Notes under the pieces: generated by a model
What the model saw: the letters and a program-made list of their open reading frames with translations, nothing else
Databases searched by the model: none
What the model was told of the DNA's origin: nothing
Program-made: the position numbers and the translations under genes
Shown here: positions 45,310 through 53,460 of the stretch, piece by piece
Position numbering within the stretch: the stretch's first letter is position 1
Layout: every line of letters starts with the position of its first letter
From: Gemmatimonadales bacterium
GTDB lineage: Bacteria; Gemmatimonadota; Gemmatimonadetes; Gemmatimonadales; GWC2-71-9
Direction: 5' to 3'
Length of the DNA: 64,000 bases
Assembly (NCBI GenBank): GCA_035943095.1
Contig: DASZCN010000011.1
Span: 1,775 to 65,774, forward strand

Positions 45310-45918
45310 TCAACCTTCCCCGACCCGCAACCTGGCGAACCGGCCCACGTCGATTTTCTCGCCCGTCTTGGCGGACAACTCTTTCACCAGCTCGCCCACG
45401 GTGCGCTTGTCGTCCTTCACAAATTTCTGCTCGAGCAGCACGTTATCCTCGTAGAACTTTTTCATCATGCCGTCCACAATCTTGCCACGGATATTTTCGG
45501 GCTTCTTTTGCTCGGCCACCTGCGCCTCATAGACACCGCGCTCCCGCGCGACAGTCTCGGGCGGCAGGTCTTCGACGTGGACCGCCAGCGGCTTCGACGC
45601 CGCAATGTGGATGGCCAGCTCGCGCGCCAGGGCCTTGAACTCCTCGGTACGCGCCACGAAGTCCGTCTCGCAGTTGAGCTCGACCAGCGCCGCGGTCTTG
45701 CCGTCGTGATGCACGTAGTGGCCGATCACGCCCTCGGACGCGACGCGCTCCGCGCGCGTGTCGGCCTTGGCCGCGCCCATTTTGCGGAGCTCGTCGACGG
45801 CCTTCTCCAGGTCGCCGCCGGTCTGCTCCAGAGCCTTCTTGCAAGCCATCATGCCGGCGCCGGTGCGGGCTCGGAGCTCCGCGACGAGCTTCGCCGGGAT
45901 CTCTTTCACAGTCGTCAT
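45310..45918 (-). CDS. tsf: Elongation factor Ts (short form)
   Basis: ..LVAELRARTGAGMMACKKALEQTGGDLEKAVDELRKMG..LVELNCETDFVA.. Confidence 0.9.
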   Translation of the reverse strand: MTTVKEIPAKLVAELRARTGAGMMACKKALEQTGGDLEKAVDELRKMGAAKADTRAERVASEGVIGHYVHHDGKTAALVELNCETDFVARTEEFKALARELAIHIAASKPLAVHVEDLPPETVARERGVYEAQVAEQKKPENIRGKIVDGMMKKFYEDNVLLEQKFVKDDKRTVGELVKELSAKTGEKIDVGRFARLRVGEG

Positions 45919-45935
45919 CCCTCCTCACTCCTCAT

Positions 45936-45975
45936 GAAAACGCCGCCCTCGCGCCGGTGGGCTCGAAGGGCGGCG
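45936..45975 (-). terminator. Hairpin plus U-run between rpsB and tsf (attenuator/partial terminator)
   Basis: CGCCGCCCT (45941..45949) pairs with AGGGCGGCG (45967..45975). On the minus strand it is followed by UUUUC and then the tsf SD GAGGAGGG. Confidence 0.4.
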
Positions 45976-46027
45976 GTCGGTTGTCCACCGGGCGACGCGC
46001 CCGGTGTGGGGCGACACGCCCCGCGGC

Positions 46028-46909
46028 TTAGCCCTCGCCCGCGCCGCTCGACTCCGCGGGCGCCGGCGTTTCGTCGGTCTTGAGCCGCGCCGCGATGGCT
46101 TCCGGCTTGGGCCGCCGCTTGCGCCGCGCCGGCTTCTTCTTCTTATCTCCCTCGGCCTCCGCTTCGATGCCCGTCTCGGTGGAGTAGGTCACGCCCTCCC
46201 CCTCCTCCGCCGGCTCGCGCAGCGGCATCTGTCGCCGCGCCTCGCCGATCACATCGGAGATCGCCGCGGCGATCAACGACACCGCCCGGATCGCATCGTC
46301 GTTCCCGGGGATCGGCACGTCGATCAGGTCCGGATCCGCGTTCGTGTCCACGATCGCGACAACGGGGATGCCGAGCTTGTTCGCTTCTGCGACCGCGATG
46401 CGCTCCTTCTTCGAGTCGATGATGAACAGGGCGCCCGGCAGGCGGTTCATGTTCTTGATCCCCGAGAGATATTTCTCGAGCTTGACCCGCTCACGGTCGA
46501 AGAGCAGCTGCTCCTTTTTCGTGTAGTTCTCGAACTCGCCCTCGGCCGTACCCTGCTCGAGCTCTTTCAGACGCTTGATCTGCCGTTTGATCGTCTGGAA
46601 GTTCGTCAGCGTGCCGCCGAGCCAGCGCTCGGTGACGTAGTAGGCGCCGCAGCGCTGCGCCTCGGCCTGGATGATGTTCTTGAGCTGCTTCTTGGTGCAG
46701 ACGAACAGGATGCCTTCACCCTTCAAGACCACACCACGCAGCAGCTCTTGCGCCTCCTGGATCTGCCGGAGTGTCTTCTGAAGATCGATGATGTAGATCC
46801 CCGATCGCTCGGCGAAGATGAACCGGCGCATCTTGGGATTCCAGCGGCGCGTCTGATGGCCGAAATGGACGCCCGCTTCCAGCAGGTCCTGCAACTCAGG
46901 CTGCGCCAT
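46028..46909 (-). CDS. rpsB: 30S ribosomal protein S2 with a charged C-terminal extension
   Basis: MAQPELQDLLEAGVHFGHQTRRWNPKMRRFIFAERSGIYIIDLQKT.. ATG 46909. The track start 46981 is an extension. Confidence 0.95.
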   Translation of the reverse strand: MAQPELQDLLEAGVHFGHQTRRWNPKMRRFIFAERSGIYIIDLQKTLRQIQEAQELLRGVVLKGEGILFVCTKKQLKNIIQAEAQRCGAYYVTERWLGGTLTNFQTIKRQIKRLKELEQGTAEGEFENYTKKEQLLFDRERVKLEKYLSGIKNMNRLPGALFIIDSKKERIAVAEANKLGIPVVAIVDTNADPDLIDVPIPGNDDAIRAVSLIAAAISDVIGEARRQMPLREPAEEGEGVTYSTETGIEAEAEGDKKKKPARRKRRPKPEAIAARLKTDETPAPAESSGAGEG

Positions 46910-47005
46910 GCACTCCCTCTCGTGGGTTCGATCCGCCGTCGCCGTCATCTCCGATGCAACCCCTCGAGGGGGACCCGGCACCGGATCGGGCGACGTGTGT
47001 TGTGA

Positions 47006-47052
47006 GTCGTCAGTTGTCAGTTGTCAGGACTGAGGACTGAGGACTGATGACT
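47006..47052. repeat. Heptamer-repeat imperfect palindromic intergenic element, copy A
   Basis: GTCGTCAGTTGTCAGTTGTCAGGACTGAGGACTGAGGACTGATGACT, i.e. (TCAGTTG)n joined to (ACTGAGG)n. It is related to 52461..52497. Confidence 0.6.
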
Positions 47053-47055
47053 CTC

Positions 47056-47463
47056 CTACCGCTTACTGAACTGGAACCGCTTCCGCGCCCCGGCGCGGCC
47101 CGGCTTCTTCCGTTCCACGACTCGTGGATCGCGCGTCAACAGTCCTTGTTCCCGCAACTTCTTGCGATGCCGTTCATCCGCGAGGCACAGGGCCCGCGCG
47201 ATGCCGAGCCGCAGCGCCCCCGCCTGCCCCGTCACGCCGCCGCCCCGCACGAGCGCCCGGACATCGAAGGCACCCAGGGTGTCGGTGGCGGTGAACGGCT
47301 GCTGAATGTGCGACACGAGCGACGGCCGCGGGAAGTAATCCCCCAACGTGCGCCCGTTGATGTTCCACTTCCCGGATCCCGGCGTGAGATACACGCGCGC
47401 CACGCCGACTTTGCGGCGGCCGATGGCGTGCCAGCGCAGCTCCGGTGTGATCGCGGAGCTCAT
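47056..47463 (-). CDS. rpsI: 30S ribosomal protein S9
   Basis: ..GRRKVGVARVYLTPGSG...ALRLGIARAL..RDPRVVERKKPGRAGARKRFQFSKR. ATG 47463 overlaps the rplM stop as ATGA. Confidence 0.95.
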   Translation of the reverse strand: MSSAITPELRWHAIGRRKVGVARVYLTPGSGKWNINGRTLGDYFPRPSLVSHIQQPFTATDTLGAFDVRALVRGGGVTGQAGALRLGIARALCLADERHRKKLREQGLLTRDPRVVERKKPGRAGARKRFQFSKR

Positions 47464-47903
47464 CCGGCCTCCACCAGGCTCAGCGGCTCGGGCTGTTGCG
47501 CCGCGTGGGGATGCTCGGGCCCGGCGTACACCTTGAGCATCTGCTTCACCTTCTGTCGCGACAGGGTCGTCTTCGGCAGCATGCCCCACACCGCCTTTTC
47601 AATCACGCGCTCGGGATGCGACTGGAGCAGGTTCTTGACCGGAGTGAACCGCTCGTGCCCCATGTATCCGGTGTGCCGGAAGTATTGCTTCTGGTCGAGC
47701 TTGCGTCCCGTGAGCTTGACCTTGGACGCGTTCACGACCACCACGCAGTCACCGCTGTTCAGATGCGGTGTGAAGGTGGGCTTGTGCTTGCCGCGGAGGA
47801 TCTGCGCCACCCGGCTCGCCAACCGGCCAAGCGGCTGCCCGGCCGCGTCGACCACGAACCAGCGGTGCGTCACGTCCTCTTTTCGCAGGCTGAACGTCTT
47901 CAT
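47460..47903 (-). CDS. rplM: 50S ribosomal protein L13
   Basis: MKTFSLRKEDVTHRWFVVDAAGQPLGRLASRVAQILRGKHKPTFTPH.. I chose the MKTF start by analogy with E. coli L13. Confidence 0.95.
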   Translation of the reverse strand: MKTFSLRKEDVTHRWFVVDAAGQPLGRLASRVAQILRGKHKPTFTPHLNSGDCVVVVNASKVKLTGRKLDQKQYFRHTGYMGHERFTPVKNLLQSHPERVIEKAVWGMLPKTTLSRQKVKQMLKVYAGPEHPHAAQQPEPLSLVEAG

Positions 47904-48169
47904 CCCCGCCCTTTGCATGGGTCCGGTTTAGCAATAGCCGGGAACAATACCCGGGGCGTAAAGGCCTGTCAACCCTGAGGTTCCATGCCTTTCCGTGTCG
48001 CGTCTTCGCCGCGGGCGGATCGGTGTCGAGGGCTCGCGCCGCGGCACCGTCGCCACGGTCCTGACCCCGAGTCGCCGTGGAACACGTGTGGCATCGCAGT
48101 TGCGCACGCTGACATGACATGAGTCGTTGGCGCAACTCCACCAGACCGTGCCTTCCCAAGGAGGGACTC

Positions 48170-49147
48170 GTGAAAGGATGGCTCCTCGTCGGCACCGCCG
48201 CCGGTTGGCTGGTAGTGGCGTGTACACCCGAGTCGCGTAACCCTACGCAGGCAGCCAACCCCGTGGATCCGGCGGCGTTCCAGCTGCAACACCCGGGCAC
48301 GCACGTCATGCTGCCGCGCGGGCGGGCGCGTCCGGCCGGACCCGTCGTCGCGGCACCGGCCGCAAACAACGGCATCTCCTACCACGGTGGCCCGATCATC
48401 TATGCGCAGAAAGTCGCGGCGATCTACTGGTCGAGCGGGACGATTTACCCGGGCGGGCCGGCTCCCGGCACGACCGGTTCCGGTAGCGCGGACGGGTCGG
48501 TGGTGGGGTTTTTCATGAACCACCTCGGGGGTTCGCCGTACTACAACATCAACACGACGTATGACGACGGCACCGGAACACCGGTGCAGAATAGCGTGAC
48601 GTACACGCAATTCTGGGCGTCCAATACCAACGTGCCCTTGCCCGGGATGATCGTGCCGGATCAGCTCATACAGGCGCAGGTCATCTCAGGGTTCACGACC
48701 GGCAAGTTGACCTATGACCCGAACACCCTGTACGTCGTCTTCTCCGACCAACTCGTCAATCTCGGGGGAGAGTTCGGCATCGTGTACTGCGCCTACCACG
48801 GCAACTTCACGTGGAATGGCAACGATGTGAAGTATGCCGCGATGCCGCACGATATCGACTTTCCGGACTGCAACGCGTTGAACGGGTCCCCGAACAACGA
48901 CCCGGCCGCGGATGCAGAAGTCAATACGCTTGGGCACGAAACGGAAGAGACCAACACCGACGAGGATCTCAACGCGTGGTATGACGCCTCAGGCAACGAG
49001 AACGCGGACAAGTGTGCATGGACCTTCGGTAGCACGTACACGACGGCCAATGGCGCGACAGCGAACATGAACCTCGGGGGCAGGAATTTCCTGATTCAGC
49101 AGAATTGGGTCAACGCCAACGGCGGTAGTTGTAAGCTCAGCTGGTAG
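48170..49147 (+). CDS. Lipoprotein of the EXORDIUM / phosphate-induced protein 1 (PHI-1) family
   Basis: GTG 48170 is preceded by a perfect SD AAGGAGG (48158..48164). Lipobox in MKGWLLVGTAAGWLVVAC. Blocks ISYHGGPII..VAAIYWS, YCAYHG, SPNNDPAADAEVN and NMNLGGRNFLIQQNW..GGSC parallel plant EXO proteins (YHKGALL..NLIWYGKF, CAWPF, APNNDVGLDGMVIN, NGRKYLLPALFDP..C). Confidence 0.6.
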   Translation: MKGWLLVGTAAGWLVVACTPESRNPTQAANPVDPAAFQLQHPGTHVMLPRGRARPAGPVVAAPAANNGISYHGGPIIYAQKVAAIYWSSGTIYPGGPAPGTTGSGSADGSVVGFFMNHLGGSPYYNINTTYDDGTGTPVQNSVTYTQFWASNTNVPLPGMIVPDQLIQAQVISGFTTGKLTYDPNTLYVVFSDQLVNLGGEFGIVYCAYHGNFTWNGNDVKYAAMPHDIDFPDCNALNGSPNNDPAADAEVNTLGHETEETNTDEDLNAWYDASGNENADKCAWTFGSTYTTANGATANMNLGGRNFLIQQNWVNANGGSCKLSW

Positions 49148-49682
49148 ACGACGGGGCATCCGGTGGGGATGGCTCCGCCGCGCTCACGAGCGTCACGAGC
49201 GGCTCGCCTTTTTCCACCGGCTGTCCCACCGTGACGTGGACCTTCTGCACCACGGCCGCCCGCGACGCGCGGAGCTCGTTCTCCATTTTCATCGCCTCCA
49301 CCACGACCAGGCCGGCGCCCGCTTCTACGCGTTGCCCCTCGGCGACCTCGATGCGCACGACGAGCCCGGGCATGGGTGCACGCACGATCCCGTCGGTCAC
49401 GGCCGGCCGGCCACGACCCGTGAGCGCCTCAATCTGATGCGTCCGCTCGTCTAGAGCGGTCACCTCCACCCGCTCTCCGACCACCCCCAGCGTCCAGCGA
49501 CCCAGCTCGTCGCGCGGTTGCACCGCGACGGTCCACGATTCTCCGCCGAGCAAGAGGTGATACAACGGCGTACCGGGTACCGGGGCGAGATTGGTCTCGA
49601 ACGTTTCCCCACCCACGAGGACCCGGGCCCCCTCGACCTCCACCTCGATGGTCTGCGCACCGATGGTCACGAAGTACTTCAC
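49137..49682 (-). CDS. Biotin carboxyl carrier (biotinyl-domain) protein
   Basis: The C-terminal ..GAGLVVVEAMKMENELRA.. carries the AMKM biotinylation motif. GTG 49682 overlaps the upstream stop as GTGA. Confidence 0.8.
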   Translation of the reverse strand: MKYFVTIGAQTIEVEVEGARVLVGGETFETNLAPVPGTPLYHLLLGGESWTVAVQPRDELGRWTLGVVGERVEVTALDERTHQIEALTGRGRPAVTDGIVRAPMPGLVVRIEVAEGQRVEAGAGLVVVEAMKMENELRASRAAVVQKVHVTVGQPVEKGEPLVTLVSAAEPSPPDAPSSTS

Positions 49683-50920
49683 GCTGCCTCCAGCACCGCC
49701 ACCGTCTCGACGTGCGCCGTCTGCGGGAACAGATCGAACGCCCGCACCGCGCTGACTCGGTAGTTCACGCCGAGCCGATAGACGTCTCGCGCGAGGGTGG
49801 CGGGATCGCAGGAGATGTAGACCAGACGGCCCACGGGTTGCGCGGCAAGCCGCAACGTGACGTTCCACGGGAGCCCTGCTCGGGGAGGGTTCACCACCAC
49901 CGCACTCGGCTCGGGCAGCGTCGGCAGGACGTCTTCCGCCTTTCCGGCGATGAACCGCACGGCCGCCGGTACCGCGCGCCGCCGGGCCCAGTCGATCGCC
50001 TTCTCGTCGGCATCGACGCTGACGACGTGTGCCCCCCGGTCGGCGAGCAGCACGGCCGTGTCACCGATGCCCCCAAAGAGGTCCCACACCACCGCCCCCC
50101 GCACGTCGCCGAGCTGCTCTACGCCCCACGCGCGGGCGATCGCCCCCATCTCAGGGTTCACCTGCTCGAACGCCGTCGCCGGGAAGCCCGTGGCCGGACC
50201 CGCCATGACTCGCGCCGCCCCGTCCACGGGCTGCCACCAGCAGATCACATCGGCGCCGCCCGGAAGCGCCGCGCGGAGCGCCGCCGCGTTCCCCCACGGC
50301 TCGCCGGCCGACTCGGCAAGGACATGGCGGCGGCCTTCGCGATCGAGTCGCAGCGTCAACCGGGTCAGTCGGGGCGGCAAGAGCTCGAGGCGCGACCGCA
50401 GCTCGCGCCACAACGCCATCAACCGGAAGTCAGCGATATGACAATCGAGCAGCGGAAAAACCGATGCCGGTCGGTCGAAGGGGTGTAAGCCGACGGTGCG
50501 ACGGTCCGACCGCGGGACCGATTTGACCGCCAGACTGATCTTCGCCCGGTAGCGCCATTCGTCCGCGGCTTCGACGATATCCGGATCTTCGATGTCGAGC
50601 TTGCCCAACCGTCGCAGCGCGTCCCCGACGATGGCTCGCTTCGCCGCCAACTGGCTGTCGTACGAAAGGTGCTGCAACTGGCAGCCCCCGCAGTGGTCCT
50701 GCACGTAGTGAGGACAGGGCGGCGTCACGCGCGTTGTGCCCGGGGCCACCACTTCTGCCAGCTCACCCCGGGCGAACCGCTTGTGCAGCTTCATGCCCTC
50801 GCGCAATCGCACGCGCTCACCCGGAGCCGTGCGGGCCACGAACACCGCACGCCCGTCCGCCAGGCGGCCCACGCCGTCTCCACCCGCCGCGATCGCGGTG
50901 ATGGCCACGACGTCGTTCAT
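49679..50920 (-). CDS. RlmD/RumA-family 23S rRNA (uracil-C5)-methyltransferase
   Basis: TRAM-like N-terminus, Fe-S cysteines CPHYVQDHCGGCQLQH, SAM-methyltransferase core (..VWDLFGGIGDTAV..) and ..LVYISCDPATLARD.. Confidence 0.8.
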   Translation of the reverse strand: MNDVVAITAIAAGGDGVGRLADGRAVFVARTAPGERVRLREGMKLHKRFARGELAEVVAPGTTRVTPPCPHYVQDHCGGCQLQHLSYDSQLAAKRAIVGDALRRLGKLDIEDPDIVEAADEWRYRAKISLAVKSVPRSDRRTVGLHPFDRPASVFPLLDCHIADFRLMALWRELRSRLELLPPRLTRLTLRLDREGRRHVLAESAGEPWGNAAALRAALPGGADVICWWQPVDGAARVMAGPATGFPATAFEQVNPEMGAIARAWGVEQLGDVRGAVVWDLFGGIGDTAVLLADRGAHVVSVDADEKAIDWARRRAVPAAVRFIAGKAEDVLPTLPEPSAVVVNPPRAGLPWNVTLRLAAQPVGRLVYISCDPATLARDVYRLGVNYRVSAVRAFDLFPQTAHVETVAVLEAA

Positions 50921-52452
50921 TGGCTGCCCCCCCCTCCGACCGCCTCGCGGCGCGCGGCGGCGAGCCAGGCCGAGGGCGTGGGGGGGGCCCCCGGGCTACC
51001 CACTGTCGCCGGCGCGCTGGCGGTCGCTCGACGTTCTTCAGCCAGCAGCGCCGCGACCACGGCGAGCGGCCTGACCAAGTCCGGGCGCACGCCGCCGGCC
51101 AGCAGCCGGTCCCCGGCGCGCTCGAGATAGGTGATGTCCAGGTCCCCGCGTACGAACTCCGCGTCGTCCATCACGCGAAGGTGAAACGCCTGGGAGGACG
51201 GGATACCGACGATCACGAGCTCGCGCAGGGCACGCCGCATGCGCTCGAGGGCCACCTGCCGTGTCTCCCCCCACACGATCAGCTTCGCGAGCAATGGGTC
51301 GTAATGGAGCGTGACCTCGTTTCCCGCCTCGATACCTCCGTCCCATCGTACGCCGGGTCCCCCGGGGACCCGCAGGTAGCGCAGGATGCCGGTGGCGGGC
51401 AAGAAGCCGTTGAACGGATCCTCGGACGTGATCCGGCACTCGATGGCGTGGCCACGCGGCTGGAGCGTGCCTGCGTGCACCCGCAGCGGCTGACCCATGG
51501 CTACGCGCAACTGCTCGCGCACGATATCCACCCCGTACACGAGCTCGGTGACCGGATGCTCCACCTGGAGGCGCGTGTTCATCTCCAGGAAGTAGAACTC
51601 GCCGGTTGGCGCGAGGAGGAATTCGATCGTCCCGGCCCCCAGGTAGCCTACCGCGCCGGCCGCGGCTGTCGCGGCATCACTCATGCGCCGACGCAGGGCG
51701 GGCGTGACGGCCAGCGACGGTGCCTCCTCGATGAGCTTCTGGTGGCGACGCTGGATGCTGCACTCGCGCTCGCCCAACGCGACCACCCGACCGAACTGGT
51801 CCGCGAGAATCTGGATCTCGACGTGGCGCGGACGCTCGAGCAGCTTCTCGAGGTACACCTCCCCGGCCCCAAACGCTTTCAGCGCCTCGCTCGCGGCCGC
51901 CTCGAACGCCGATTCGAGCTCGGCTTCCTCGCGCACCAGGCGCATCCCTTTGCCGCCGCCACCGGCGGCGGCCTTGAGCAGGACGGGATATCCCAGGCGC
52001 GCCGCTTCGGAGCGGGCTTGCGCGTGATCGGCGAGCGGTCGGGTGGTGCCGGGGACGATGGGGACTCCGGCCGCCTGCATTCGACGCCGTGCCTCCGTCT
52101 TGTCTCCCATCGCGCGGATCGCGGACGCCTGCGGGCCGACGAACACGAGACCCGCGGCGGCGACGGCCTCGGCGAACGGCGCCCGCTCGGACAGGAAGCC
52201 GTACCCGGGATGGACCGCTTGGCACGCCGTGCGCTGGGCCACGTCCACCAGCTTCGCGATGTCCAGGTAGGACTGCGCCGCGGGCGCCGGCCCGATCGCG
52301 ATAGCGAGGTTCGCTGCCCGCACATGGGGCGAGAGCCGATCGGGATCGGAATACACCGCGACCGCCTCGAGACCCTCCTCGTGGCACGCCCGGATGATCC
52401 GGAGGGCGATCTCGCCGCGGTTCGCGACGAGCACACGCTTGATTTGAGTCAT
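50917..52452 (-). CDS. accC: Biotin carboxylase subunit of an acyl-CoA carboxylase, with a ~60-aa C-terminal extension and no fused BCCP
   Basis: MTQIKRVLVANRGEIALRIIRACHEEG..GGGGKGMRLV..EMNTRLQVEHPVTE.. Confidence 0.9.
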   Translation of the reverse strand: MTQIKRVLVANRGEIALRIIRACHEEGLEAVAVYSDPDRLSPHVRAANLAIAIGPAPAAQSYLDIAKLVDVAQRTACQAVHPGYGFLSERAPFAEAVAAAGLVFVGPQASAIRAMGDKTEARRRMQAAGVPIVPGTTRPLADHAQARSEAARLGYPVLLKAAAGGGGKGMRLVREEAELESAFEAAASEALKAFGAGEVYLEKLLERPRHVEIQILADQFGRVVALGERECSIQRRHQKLIEEAPSLAVTPALRRRMSDAATAAAGAVGYLGAGTIEFLLAPTGEFYFLEMNTRLQVEHPVTELVYGVDIVREQLRVAMGQPLRVHAGTLQPRGHAIECRITSEDPFNGFLPATGILRYLRVPGGPGVRWDGGIEAGNEVTLHYDPLLAKLIVWGETRQVALERMRRALRELVIVGIPSSQAFHLRVMDDAEFVRGDLDITYLERAGDRLLAGGVRPDLVRPLAVVAALLAEERRATASAPATVGSPGAPPTPSAWLAAARREAVGGGGSQ

Positions 52453-52460
52453 CGTGGTCC

Positions 52461-52497
52461 TCAGTTGTCAGTCGTCAGGTACTGATGACCGATGACT
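52461..52497. repeat. Heptamer-repeat imperfect palindromic intergenic element, copy B
   Basis: TCAGTTGTCAGTCGTCAGGTACTGATGACCGATGACT. It fills most of the 48-nt spacer upstream of accC. The accC SD (GAGGA) lies directly next to its promoter-distal end, in the flanking CCTC of the minus-strand run AACTGAGGACCACGATG. Confidence 0.6.
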
Positions 52498-52500
52498 CCC

Positions 52501-53460
52501 TCATCGTCGGCAACTCGCCACCTCGCTCGCCACCTTGAACGTCGCCATCGCCTCGCACAGCCCCGGCGTGGTGCGCGCGGCTCGCGTGTACGCGGCGAGT
52601 GCCGGCTCGGCCCAGGGGTCGTTACCGTCGAGCGCCACGCGCAGCGCGGCGAACACGAAGTCCCGCGGCGGAACGCGGGCGCCCGCGGCGCCGGCTCCTG
52701 CGACCCACAGCAGGGTGCGAGTCTGCCACGCGAGCCGCGGGCGGGTCTCGGGAGGGCGGTCGAACCCCATGCTCACGCATACCGGACGGCGTCGTACCAG
52801 GTCCCGGAGCCACGGGTCGGTGTCGCCCTTTCGCGTGAGCTTCAAGTCGCGCATCAGCCGGCTGCGGAGCGGCGCGTCCTCCCGCCACGTGGCGAGCGGG
52901 AGCACGAGCAGATCGGGCCGCAGATTGCGGGCAAATCGCATATACCAAGCGGCATAGGAATCGGCGCCGCTCGCCGTCATCAGGACCCCGGCCTTCGGGC
53001 AGGCCCGGAGGAGATTTTCTCCCAGCTCTTCCAGCACCGCCGGCAACCGCAGATCGGTCGGCAGGGGCCCGAGTGCCTGCTGCCCGGCCTCGATGCCCGC
53101 CGCTTCCCACGCCGACCAGGACCGCGCGGCCCACGCCCCCACGCGGAGCACTCGAGCACTGTCACCAGCAGCGCTCGCGCCCAACGGCCCGGCGAGCGCC
53201 GCCGCGTGGCTGAGGGCCACATCGGCGGTGTCGAGCATGGCCCGCGCCCACGCGCTGTCCTCCACCGGCCGGTGTCCCGGGCCATGCGCGTCGGCGCCGA
53301 GCTCCAGATATGCGCGGCCCATCAGGAGCCACAGCCTCGCGTCCGTCGAGTCCCGCTCGGCGCGGTCGCGAAGCGCAGCAACGGAGTCCGGCGACCCGCC
53401 CGGCACCGGCGCCTGAAGTAGCGCGGCGAGGGCGAGCGCGCTAGAGAGGAATGTTCCCAT
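52501..53460 (-). CDS. Hypothetical secreted protein (weak resemblance to the soluble part of DUF2723-type proteins)
   Basis: Start set at [18 protein letters not shown] (signal-peptide-like). The segment ..[32 protein letters not shown].. recalls the DNDTFPLWY..RpDV block of DUF2723, but this is from memory only. Confidence 0.35.
   Translation of the reverse strand: MGTFLSSALALAALLQAPVPGGSPDSVAALRDRAERDSTDARLWLLMGRAYLELGADAHGPGHRPVEDSAWARAMLDTADVALSHAAALAGPLGASAAGDSARVLRVGAWAARSWSAWEAAGIEAGQQALGPLPTDLRLPAVLEELGENLLRACPKAGVLMTASGADSYAAWYMRFARNLRPDLLVLPLATWREDAPLRSRLMRDLKLTRKGDTDPWLRDLVRRRPVCVSMGFDRPPETRPRLAWQTRTLLWVAGAGAAGARVPPRDFVFAALRVALDGNDPWAEPALAAYTRAARTTPGLCEAMATFKVASEVASCRR

Noticed and set aside
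48098-48137. 8-bp inverted repeat (AGTTGCGC/GCGCAACT) upstream of the EXORDIUM-like gene, plus possible promoter hexamers in the AT-richer spacers at 29096..29181 and 38591..38660
   Set aside because: The stems are short with long loops, and I have no reliable promoter consensus for this lineage, so I cannot support a call.
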